A stretch of DNA of 32,523 bases from an uncultured bacterium. GTDB taxonomy: Bacteria > SAR324 > NAC60-12. The stretch lies in NCBI GenBank assembly GCA_965662845.1, contig CBFIJD010000034.1:1-32523 (forward strand). The letters run 5' to 3'. Position numbers and translations under genes: made by a program. Positions within the stretch are counted from its first letter, which is position 1. Each line of letters starts with the position of its first letter. Positions 1 through 7,369 of the stretch are shown here, piece by piece. The notes under the pieces are model-generated. The model was not told where the DNA came from. It ran no database searches and saw only the letters and a program-made list of their open reading frames with translations.

Positions 1-209
1 TTGCCCAAAATCAGGGCAAACCCCCGTGCCTGCCCCTACGATGACCGGTGTCGGTAGGAAAAACGTCGGTAGGAAAAACGTCGGTAGGGGGGAATTGAAA
101 AAACGTCGGTGGGAAAAACGTCGGTAGGAAAAACGTCGGTAGGGGCGAAAGGCTTTTCGCCCTTACTGGGCCGGAGATGAACGTGATTGTGGCTGCCCGG
201 AAATCAGGG
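1..209 (+). repeat. GTAG-type REP-like composite repeat, copy A (truncated by window start)
   Basis: Imperfect palindrome GTAGGGGCGAAAGGCTTTTCGCCCTTAC at 139-166. Oppositely oriented GTAGGGGCAGGCACGGGGGTTTGCCCTG (minus strand) at 12-39. Between them, units of GTCGGTAGGAAAAAC start at 50, 65, 80, 105 and 120. Positions 1-176 align to 4696-4856 apart from one extra 15-mer and two substitutions. Confidence 0.85.
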
Positions 210-210
210 T

Positions 211-314
211 AGGCAGAGAGGTTTGGGAGGAAGGGGGGGAGTGTGGCGGACTACAAAAGGCGCGAAGGTAGGTCGTCGCGATGAGCCGGAGAGCAATGGC
301 CGCCAATTTTCAGT
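211..314. repeat. Second dispersed repeat family, copy 1
   Basis: 270-303 matches 5995-6028 at 32/34 positions, with an exact 24-mer TCGCGATGAGCCGGAGAGCAATGG. Both copies are preceded by a purine-rich GGTTTGGG tract and followed by TTTTCAGT. Confidence 0.7.
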
Positions 315-581
315 CCAAATTCGACTCTGTCGGGGAAAATCTCGTCGTCGTCGGCTTTGACCGCACCGCCGACTGTCGCATCAAAACCGTGACTGGGGAA
401 TCTCTCTCCGAAACCCTGATGCTCTCGCGAGCCATGGCCGCGATCCAGAGCGGACGTTTCATCGAATGGTGGCCGTCTCGGATTCGCTGGGCTTCCATTC
501 CGGAAATCAAAACCGGCTGCGTAAGAGACCGCCGGGCAGGTTGGATATTGTCAAGAGGACGAGAATTCGCGGACAACTCCC

Positions 582-1496
582 TCACCTCCAGGGCCTCATC
601 GGCCACCTTTTCATCTGGGTGAGAAGCACCCCCAGGGCGATGATTCCGATGGCAATCAGGTCCGTTGCCAAGATCTCATCCCTAAAGGCTGTCCAAGCCA
701 TCAGCATCGTGACCGGAGGGCCAAAATAAAACAGGCTCGCCACCCTCGTAGCATTGATGCGGGCAATCAGCATCCACATCAACGCATAAGCTCCCAGGGA
801 TACAACGATGGTCAACCACAACATCGACGCCACGAACGTGGGCGTCCAATTCACCGGTAAGCCCTCAACAAAGATCGCCGGAATCGTGACGACCAGCGCG
901 ACACCGAGACTTTGAAAAAAGAGACTGTTGTCCTAGGTCAAACGGTGCACATTCTCTTGAAGTTCCATTCGACGCTGTATGAGACTGGCAACGGTAATCG
1001 CGGCGACAGAACCAAACGGAATCAGGAAAGCCACGATGGATTCCATGTCCGTCGGGTCCGTTCTGGCGAACACAGCCACCATGACCCCGGCAAATCCGAT
1101 CAGCAGTCCGACCCATCCGATCAGCGGCGTCCTTTCACCGGTCACCAACCCGGACAAGGTTGCGGTTGCCATCGGCTGAAGCGCCACGACCAGGGCAACG
1201 ATCCCCGCGGGAACCCCATACTCCAATGAATAGAAAACACATCCCAGCCACACCCCGTGCGCCAGGACCCCAACCAGGAATGCAATGGAAACCGCCCTTG
1301 CGCCCGGCCACACCAGTCGGCGGCGCAGCGCGAGATACAGAAAAAGAAGACAGGCCAGAAACCAGTATCGCCAAAACAACAAGGTGAGAGGTCTTGTATC
1401 GGGCAGGGCATACTCCGCTCCGATGAATCCCGAATTCCACAAGAAAATGAATCCCAGGCATAAGAGCCAGAGTTGGTGATGAGGTTGGATTTTCAA
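582..1496 (-). pseudogene. EamA/DMT-family transporter interrupted by one in-frame TAG (933-935)
   Basis: ORFs 933..1496 and 582..854 are in the same frame. The 26 intervening codons are open (…VHRLT*DNSLFFQSLGVALVVTIPAIFVEGLPVNWTP…). The full frame is 305 codons with hydrophobic helices and EamA-like motifs (LWNSGFIG, GVPAGIVALVVALQP, ATRVASLFY). Confidence 0.85.
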
Positions 1497-1543
1497 AATG
1501 AGCTTTCACTTAGACGGACTCAAGCAGGCCGCACAGGCACTTC

Positions 1544-1583
1544 TTCGGATGCCTTCCCCGGAATTCAGATGCCTTCCCCGAAA
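1544..1583. repeat. 20-bp imperfect tandem repeat (x2) upstream of the EamA gene
   Basis: TTCGGATGCCTTCCCCGGAA / TTCAGATGCCTTCCCCGAAA, 18/20 identical. Confidence 0.8.
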
Positions 1584-1669
1584 ACTCCCGGAGCATGGCA
1601 ACCTGATCCGGAAGCGCAGCCTCGGTCCAAGGGTAAGGATTCTGCTTGGGAAGTCAATTGGCTCCCCGT

Positions 1670-2023
1670 TTAAGCATGGGTGATAAGAACAGTACGACTC
1701 ATTTCTATGTAGTCATGCTCCGCAAATCCGCTCACAATATCTTCAATGTTTTTCAGCAGCAGTGCCTCTAAATCATCGTTCTTGATGTTTCCCGTTGAAA
1801 TCAACAAAAGTTTGTATGGTTTGCGATGCAAAGTAAACGAATCAACAAAATCGGAATCCTTCGTTATCAAAATGTAATTTTCTCGAATAGAAACCTCGTT
1901 AATCGTTTCGTCTGGTGTGCGGTTGCCGAGAGGTAAATCCATCGTGTGCATGGCATCATGACCCAACTCCTGCAAACGGTGAACAATGCGACGGGGAAGT
2001 TGAGCATTAACTAAAAACTTCAT
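1670..2023 (-). CDS. DUF5615 (VapC45-like) PIN-domain toxin; first acidic site is Asn
   Basis: MKFLVNAQLP…LQELGHDA.H…TPDETI…LITKDSDF pattern. 4-bp overlap with the upstream DUF433 gene. Confidence 0.85.
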   Translation of the reverse strand: MKFLVNAQLPRRIVHRLQELGHDAMHTMDLPLGNRTPDETINEVSIRENYILITKDSDFVDSFTLHRKPYKLLLISTGNIKNDDLEALLLKNIEDIVSGFAEHDYIEMSRTVLITHA

Positions 2024-2262
2024 ACTAAAACCGCCTGTACACGTTTAACTTGGGTTAAGCGAGTGGCAAAGGCCAACACTGCTAATAAATCAAGATATTC
2101 TAAATCCTCGTAATCCTCTAAAACTTCCTCAAAAGACATGCCAGCGCTCAGTAACTCCAAAATAGTTTCTACTGGATACCGTAACCCTCTGATACATGGT
2201 TTCCCATGACAAATACTCGGGTTTAAGCTAATTCGTTTCAGTAACTCAAATGTACTATCCAT
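2020..2262 (-). CDS. DUF433 (VapB45-like) antitoxin, 80 aa
   Basis: RISLNPSICHGKPCIRGLRYPVETILELLSAGMSFEEVLEDYEDLE signature. ATG at 2262 follows a GAGGTG RBS, so it is preferred to the track start at 2367. Confidence 0.9.
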   Translation of the reverse strand: MDSTFELLKRISLNPSICHGKPCIRGLRYPVETILELLSAGMSFEEVLEDYEDLEYLDLLAVLAFATRLTQVKRVQAVLV

Positions 2263-2348
2263 AATTTCACCTCTTTCACTAAGAAAAAACATTCCCCCAA
2301 CTATACCTGAGACAGTGGTTTCACAACCAATAACTTTCGACTGAGCCA

Positions 2349-2372
2349 AGCTAACGATAAAGCGCACCGGCA
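2349..2372 (-). other. attC-like half site (near-consensus core plus adjacent arm)
   Basis: AACGATAAAGCGCACCGGCA (2353-2372) matches 7374-7393 at 18/20. The minus strand ends in GTTAGCT ~87 bp before the DUF433 start. No complementary arm found. Confidence 0.4.
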
Positions 2373-2769
2373 GTGATAGCCGTGTGGACTGGGCTGGCCG
2401 TCTCTCGCTCCCGCCTCTCCCGTCTCGCTTTCCCAGACCTCTCCCGGCTGCTGCAACCGCGCTTCCAGCTCCTGCCCATTTTTGGCTCTTTGGTGGCTTT
2501 TAACAGGACTTTGCATGGGTTTTACTGAACTTGCTCTCTCTAACCCCTTGATTTGCTTCTGTATTTTCTTACGAATCTCCCTTGAATATTCGAGAACCCT
2601 CTTGCTTGACCCCCTGTGCAAGTTGCGACATGATCGGCGGCGCTAAGCCAGCATTCGTGCGGCTTTCCCGATCTCAATGAATGAGCCGCATTTGTCGCGC
2701 ATGACGCGCATGAAATGATTTTCCGTCGTCACTTGACGACGAAGACCCGTATGCCTTCGGATTTCAAGT

Positions 2770-2853
2770 ATTGTAGGAGCGAAGCATGAATTTAACAGCA
2801 ACAAGCTACATTGTAGGAGCGAAGCATGAATTTAACAGCAACAAGCTACATTG
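2770..2853 (+). repeat. Perfect 40-bp tandem duplication covering the RBS and first codons of the aldehyde dehydrogenase
   Basis: TTGTAGGAGCGAAGCATGAATTTAACAGCAACAAGCTACA at 2771-2810 and 2811-2850. Confidence 0.97.
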
Positions 2854-4322
2854 CAGGCCAATGGCAAGCAGCACAGCATACTGGCACGTTTCAGGCGTTC
2901 AGTCCTGCTAACAACCAACCGCTTGAGGTGCTTTTTCATAATGCCTCTGAGCAGCAAGTAAACGACGCAGTGACGGCGGCTGAGCAGGCTTTTGGCCATT
3001 ATCGCAAACTGCCACTGATAAGACGTGCTGAGTTTTTAGAGACCATCGCAGAGGAGGTGCTAGCACTGGGTGATGAGCTTATTACCACCACCATGGCTGA
3101 AACCAATTTGCCGCGTCAGCGCTTAGAAGGTGAGCGTGGTCGCACGGTGAATCAGTTAAAGGCGTTTGCCACCGCATTACGCGATGAGTTAGCCGAGCTG
3201 CAATTAGAAAAAAGCCAAGCCGCGGAGCCTGAGCGACAACCCTTACCTAAGCCCAAAACTCAATTAAAACACTTACCGGTAGGTGTGGTGGCGGTGTTTG
3301 GTGCCTCGAACTTTCCTTATGCCTTTTCCACTTTAGGTGGCGATACTGCTGCGGCATTGGCAGCGGGATGCCCAGTGGTGCATAAGGGACACCCAGCACA
3401 TCCAGCGACTTGCGAGTTAATGACCCGAGCAATTGCCGCTGCTGCGGTCAAATGTGACCTGCCGGCGGGGATCTTTTCAATGCTACAAGCCAAAACCTAT
3501 GATGTAGCTCACTGGTTGGTGAAAGCACCGGCGGTTAAAGCGGTTGGCTTCACAGGATCGTTTAGCGCTGCAAATGCATTGCAACAGACGATTGCTAGTC
3601 GTGCCGAACCCATCCCTTTTTATGGTGAGCTTGGTAGTACTAATCCACAGTTGGTGTTGCCGCAAAAGGCAGCCGAGGCGGGCGCACAATTGGCTGAGCA
3701 ATTGGTGCAATCCATGTTAATGGGGAATGGCCAATTTTGTACCAGTCCAGGTATTTGGTTTGTTCCTAAGGCTGCCAGTGCTGAGTTTATCGCTGCAGTC
3801 AAAACTCAAGTCGCTGGCTCGGCTTCCGACACCTTACTGACCCCTGGGATCTTGAAGGCGTTTGAGCAAAGCGTGGCAGAGCTTCAAACTCAGCCAGAAG
3901 TAGAGTGCTTGCAAGCGGCTGAAAAAGCTGAGCCGTTTCACGCCGCAGCACAAGTGTACTATTGCGATATTGCGGATTTCATCAATAACGAACAATTACA
4001 GCAGGAAATATTCGGCCCAGCGGCGTTGATGGTTGGCTACGAGGATGTGGCGCAACTGGAGGAAATGGTGGCGCAGTTAGACGGTCAACTTACTGCCAGT
4101 GTTCACGCCACTGCAGCCGATCTGCAACAAGCTGATGCGCTGATAGAGACACTGCAATATCGCGTGGGGCGACTTATTTATGGCCAAATGCCCACAGGCG
4201 TTGAGGTCTGCGCCACCATGAATCATGGCGGCCCGTTTCCAGCCTCCATCGATGTCCGCAGTACCTCAGTCGGTCTCGAGGCCTTACGTCGATTTGTGCG
4301 GCCAATTTGTATACAGAGTTAA
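2826..4322 (+). CDS. Aldehyde dehydrogenase, alpha-ketoglutarate semialdehyde dehydrogenase (KGSADH)-like subfamily
   Basis: GASNFPYAFS, GFTGS, ELGSTNP, catalytic GQFCTSPG, EIFGP, PTGVEV and HGGPFPAS…STSVG motifs. AGGAG RBS. Confidence 0.9.
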   Translation: MNLTATSYIAGQWQAAQHTGTFQAFSPANNQPLEVLFHNASEQQVNDAVTAAEQAFGHYRKLPLIRRAEFLETIAEEVLALGDELITTTMAETNLPRQRLEGERGRTVNQLKAFATALRDELAELQLEKSQAAEPERQPLPKPKTQLKHLPVGVVAVFGASNFPYAFSTLGGDTAAALAAGCPVVHKGHPAHPATCELMTRAIAAAAVKCDLPAGIFSMLQAKTYDVAHWLVKAPAVKAVGFTGSFSAANALQQTIASRAEPIPFYGELGSTNPQLVLPQKAAEAGAQLAEQLVQSMLMGNGQFCTSPGIWFVPKAASAEFIAAVKTQVAGSASDTLLTPGILKAFEQSVAELQTQPEVECLQAAEKAEPFHAAAQVYYCDIADFINNEQLQQEIFGPAALMVGYEDVAQLEEMVAQLDGQLTASVHATAADLQQADALIETLQYRVGRLIYGQMPTGVEVCATMNHGGPFPASIDVRSTSVGLEALRRFVRPICIQS

Positions 4323-4330
4323 GCCAAGCC

Positions 4331-4358
4331 AAGCCCGGAGTTCTGCTCCGAGCTTTTT
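4331..4358 (+). terminator. Rho-independent terminator
   Basis: AAGC-C-CGGAG ttctg CTCCG-A-GCTT stem followed by a T run, 8 bp after the ALDH stop. Confidence 0.7.
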
Positions 4359-4625
4359 CTTTATCTCACAAACATGTAATTTTCTGCCAGTTACATATAT
4401 AATGAAGAGATAAAACAATGGTAGTGCCTTCTTAAAGCGATGATTTAAATTTGAAGAATCGATTGGTTGTAATGGTGGACGAAGTTCCAGAGTCACTCCC
4501 CAACTTCACCTGCGCTACACTTCGCTTTTAGCCCCACGCCCAAGCTTCGCTACTGTACGAAGTGCCCCGCTTCTACTCTTTGTCAAAGAAACACTCAATG
4601 AAATCCTTGCTTACCGCGACAATTC

Positions 4626-4856
4626 GGATTGAAAACCGTCGGTAGGGACGAAAGGTTTTTCGCCCTTACGGGGCCGGAGATGCACGCGTTTGTGGTTGCC
4701 CAAAATCAGGGCAAACCCCCGTGCCTGCCCCTACGATGACCGGTGTCGGTAGGAAAAACGTCGGTAGGAAAACCGTCGGTAGGGGGGAATTGAAAAACCG
4801 TCGGTGGGAAAAACGTCGGTAGGGGCGAAAGGCTTTTCGCCCTTACTGGGCCGGAG
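4626..4856 (+). repeat. GTAG-type REP-like composite repeat, copy B (about 1.3 tandem units, 177-bp period)
   Basis: Type-1 palindromes at 4642-4669 and 4819-4846, a type-2 (minus-strand) palindrome at 4707-4734, and GTCGGTAGG units starting at 4745, 4760, 4775 and 4800. Confidence 0.85.
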
Positions 4857-4868
4857 GGAGCGGCAGTC

Positions 4869-5015
4869 TCACTGCTGGGTGCCCGCGCTGTCATCCTTGA
4901 CCACAAAGGCGTCCCTGATTCCGGCGCTGCTCTGGCCAGCGAAGGTGCCCAGTGTGTATCCCACGACATAAGAGGCGCCCGCGCCGTCCACGCTCACGCC
5001 ATAAGCAAAATCCTC
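4869..5015 (-). pseudogene. Isolated single SBBP beta-propeller blade fragment
   Basis: Translates EDFAYGVSVDGAGASYVVGYTLGTFAGQSSAGIRDAFVVKDDSAGTQQ*, resembling blades of the 12479..17614 protein (e.g. VAVDKAGNVYIVGETSG…DGFVQKFNASGTLQW). TGA sits at the conserved Trp. No start codon or RBS. Confidence 0.75.
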
Positions 5016-5091
5016 AATGGTGAATGGTGAATTGCGGTGCCTTATTGTTCGTCACCGAGTATTGAGAGGCTCTTGCCAGGTTGGCCTTGGG

Positions 5092-5493
5092 TCATGGCGT
5101 CTCTTTTTTCCAATGAACAGAGACAAAGCCCCAATCGGTTATTTTTTCATCTCTGGTGACCAATGGCGCATTGCGCGCCAGGCTGCTGGCGACAATCAAA
5201 CGATCTGCGGGATCGCCGTGAAATTCGCCCGGCAAGCGCGTCGAGAGTACCGCGATCTCAGGGGTCAAGGGCAGCAACTCAACACCGGGCCGCTGGAGCG
5301 CCAGGTCGATCCAGCCCCCTACATCCATGTTCAGACCAATCCGCTCTTTGACGACCAACATGGCCAGTTCCAAGCAACAGATGGCGGGAACACCTATCCT
5401 GTCCGCCTGGTCGATAAACCGACGGGCCGCCTCCGGGAGTTGCCCAGACTCGTTTGCCCACCAGATCCAGGCATGGGTATCAAGAATGATCAT
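5092..5493 (-). CDS. vapC: VapC PIN-domain toxin
   Basis: MIILDTHAWIWW…CLELA…HGDPADRLIVA…LVTRD; acidic residues present. ATGA overlap with the upstream gene at 5490-5493 supports this start over 5508. Confidence 0.9.
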   Translation of the reverse strand: MIILDTHAWIWWANESGQLPEAARRFIDQADRIGVPAICCLELAMLVVKERIGLNMDVGGWIDLALQRPGVELLPLTPEIAVLSTRLPGEFHGDPADRLIVASSLARNAPLVTRDEKITDWGFVSVHWKKETP

Positions 5494-5702
5494 CGGACGG
5501 CATCCCATTGTTCGTCAATTGGTGACAGGATATCCTTCTCAAAGGTCACACTGCCTTTGAGCGGATTAGCTGCGCGTGGCAGCTCTGTGTGCTGGGATGC
5601 CGTCGTTTCACGCGCAAGTTGTTGCACAACCACTTGCAGCAGACGGATTTTTTCCGCATGAGAGAGCGAGATGATGGAGGGGATCAGTTCATCAATGGTC
5701 AT
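5490..5702 (-). CDS. Putative VapB-type antitoxin, 70 aa
   Basis: MTIDELIPSIISLSHAEKIRLLQ…LKGSVTFEKDILSPIDEQWDA. GGAGG RBS before ATG 5702. Translationally coupled to vapC. Confidence 0.75.
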   Translation of the reverse strand: MTIDELIPSIISLSHAEKIRLLQVVVQQLARETTASQHTELPRAANPLKGSVTFEKDILSPIDEQWDAVR

Positions 5703-5930
5703 GTTGTGGCCTCCGGGCTGGGGAAGAGTTGTTGCATCAGGCCCTTCTTGTGGCTCTTGAGGGCGTCGATCTTTTCCGATTGTGCCGCGATCAGCGCGTC
5801 TAGGGAGGAGAGGCTTTCTCCATAAACTAAGTCCGTAAAGGCGCAGATTAGTCGTTTTAGCAATCATTGACAAACAGAACGTGGAGGGGCGCTTCCACCG
5901 CGAGAGAGAAACTTTGTGCGTGAGGAGTGG

Positions 5931-6066
5931 CAGGCGGAGTGGTTTGGGGGAGAAGAGGGGGAAGGAGGACGATCGCTGGAGGACGACTTACCGCAGGTCC
6001 TCGCGATGAGCCGGAGAGCAATGGTCGCGAATGGTGGCTATGGTCTACTTTTCAGTTGAGGGGCTA
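5931..6066. repeat. Second dispersed repeat family, copy 2 (possible MITE-like element abutting truncated vapC)
   Basis: Shares the 34-bp core, purine-rich leader and TTTTCAGT with 211-314. The right boundary is inferred from loss of vapC similarity at a TA dinucleotide. Confidence 0.6.
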
Positions 6067-6099
6067 TATTAAGGAGGAGGTATCGAGGAAAGCAATCAT
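6064..6099 (-). pseudogene. 5' stub of a second vapC PIN toxin
   Basis: ATGA overlap with the antitoxin stop (6096-6099). Reads MIAFLDTSSLI then TAG, the typical PIN N-terminus. Another stop follows four codons later. Confidence 0.75.
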
Positions 6100-6326
6100 A
6101 AAGACTTCCTGCGTTCTTCCACCACAGCATCGCTTAGTGATCCCTGATAATTCTCCAGTATTTTTTGAGATTTTTTGAATGAAAACTTTTCCAGACTGAA
6201 TTTTTTTTCCGACGGATCACTCACGTCTTCCAGAAAAGTCACAATGACCTCGACAGGCTTCAGGGTTTCGATCTTCTCCTGAAGAATAACCTTTCCATCC
6301 TGATAAGTTCCTTTCACTGCCAGCAT
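6096..6326 (-). CDS. Putative antitoxin (DUF104/AF2212-like N-terminus), now orphaned
   Basis: MLAVKGTYQDGKVIL…VEVIVTFL…SLSDAVVEERR. AGGAG RBS. Coupled to a PIN stub. Confidence 0.75.
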   Translation of the reverse strand: MLAVKGTYQDGKVILQEKIETLKPVEVIVTFLEDVSDPSEKKFSLEKFSFKKSQKILENYQGSLSDAVVEERRKSL

Positions 6327-6382
6327 GTTGATCTCCTTTCCTCGAAATTTTATGTTCGTTCTTCAATTGTCAAAAACAAAGA

Positions 6383-6389
6383 GCCCAAC
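6383..6389 (-). other. GTTRRRY integron-cassette-like core site (GTTGGGC)
   Basis: Exact consensus 56 bp upstream of the antitoxin start. A 7-mer is weak evidence on its own. Confidence 0.3.
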
Positions 6390-6581
6390 GCAATCACATC
6401 ACGGCCTCACTGCTGGCTTGGTCTCGTCTTCATCAGGCAGCAATGCGGACCAAAACAACCGCCTACGTCCTCAAACAGGGATTGCTGGATGACGACCTCT
6501 GCAAACAGCTCAAGAATCCAGCTTTCGCAATTACTTCTGCGTAACTCCTATCATATACGGTTTCAATTGATGCTCCTTAGT

Positions 6582-6613
6582 GCCTAACAGCGTTTTGAGG
6601 AGGCGCTATCTGT
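6582..6613 (-). other. GTTRRRY core site (GTTAGGC) with short hairpin
   Basis: Minus strand reads GTTAGGC-ACT-AAGGAG-CATCAA-TTG (core, RBS, start of an 11-codon stub). Plus strand AACAGCG…CGCTATCTGTT forms a short imperfect hairpin just past the hicB stop. Confidence 0.35.
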
Positions 6614-6632
6614 TCCAGAATTTGTATCTTTT

Positions 6633-6986
6633 TTATGATTGAGTGGTGGTATTTAAGGTTTGATCCGCTTGGACAATTAAAGAGTGAGCAATCCAATCGG
6701 AAAATGCTTTTCCAGAAGAGTTTGCTGCCTGCAAAATACGTTGCTGTTGTTCTGGTGAGAATCGAATTGTTAAAATTCCAGCGACAGGTGATTCTGGGGT
6801 CTCATCCCGTTCAGCACAAAAATCAAAGTAGTCCTCGATTGAATCTTGAAACGCTTGCCGAAGTTCTGCGACGGATTGCCCTTGAAAGGTAATCACATCG
6901 CGAATGTTGATGACTTCTCCATGAAAGATTTCCATTTCATCATCAAACTCTATTTGAGCAAGGTATCCTTTATAGTTCATCATCAT
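6633..6986 (-). CDS. hicB: HicB-family antitoxin
   Basis: MNYKGYLAQIEFD…FHGEVINIRDVITFQGQSVAELRQAFQDSIEDYFDFC pattern. Overlaps the hicA 3' end. Which of three consecutive Met codons is the start is uncertain. Confidence 0.9.
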   Translation of the reverse strand: MMMNYKGYLAQIEFDDEMEIFHGEVINIRDVITFQGQSVAELRQAFQDSIEDYFDFCAERDETPESPVAGILTIRFSPEQQQRILQAANSSGKAFSDWIAHSLIVQADQTLNTTTQS

Positions 6987-7233
6987 TTACTCCTGCTTCA
7001 GTCAAAAAACGACGTATTGATAGAACCGCACCTTTGTCAGTTTCTTTGTGAGGGTGTGGGCGGTGAAAAACCGCTTTCACATCACCTAAGGCGATTCGTA
7101 CACGTGAACCTCTTCCTTCACTCATTTTAGCTCCGAGCGCGTTGAGTAACCCTTCGATTTCTTTCCAAGATATTCCAGCTTGGACGGGATCACTAAAAAT
7201 AGATGACAAGGTCTTTTTATGTCGATTATTTAT
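6970..7233 (-). CDS. hicA: HicA-family toxin lacking a canonical start at the expected position
   Basis: (I)NNRHKKTLSSIFSDP…ISWKEIEGLL…EGRGSRVR…FHRPHP…VLSIRRFL. The codon at the expected Met is ATA (7231-7233). An in-frame CTG at 7243-7245 follows GAGGAG by 6 nt. Confidence 0.85.
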   Translation of the reverse strand: MNNRHKKTLSSIFSDPVQAGISWKEIEGLLNALGAKMSEGRGSRVRIALGDVKAVFHRPHPHKETDKGAVLSIRRFLTEAGVNDDEL

Positions 7234-7369
7234 CTTCTGTTTCAGTGAAATCTCCTCAAAAAGACAGGTATTTTTCTGTATAAAAATCTTGGAACATGTT
7301 GCAGATATCGTGCAATTTCAAGTTGGGAGACTCTTCTAAATGTTTAAGGATCCTTGTTACACTTTATTA

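Noticed and set aside
50..134. 15-bp repeats as a CRISPR array
   Set aside because: Units are adjacent with no unique spacers, are too short, and no cas genes are present.
281..622. ORFs 281..622 (+) and 310..606 (-)
   Set aside because: No recognisable motif; the first starts inside a dispersed repeat and both overlap the EamA 3' end.
933..935. Pyrrolysine or genome-wide TAG recoding
   Set aside because: Only one case, in a decaying region. TAG ends the 1711-aa gene normally, and the vapC-stub TAG is followed by another stop.
4706..4969. 87-aa ORF with FPPT/FPTD repeats
   Set aside because: It is the antisense translation of the REP cluster plus an off-frame reading of the SBBP fragment.
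5017..5661. 214-aa plus-strand ORF
   Set aside because: Antisense shadow of vapBC.
2006..7233. Strand-biased G-to-A lesions (GAT>AAT, TGG>TGA, ATG>ATA on the minus strand) as a deaminase signature
   Set aside because: Only three inferred events, ancestral states are assumed, and this is the commonest spontaneous mutation type.
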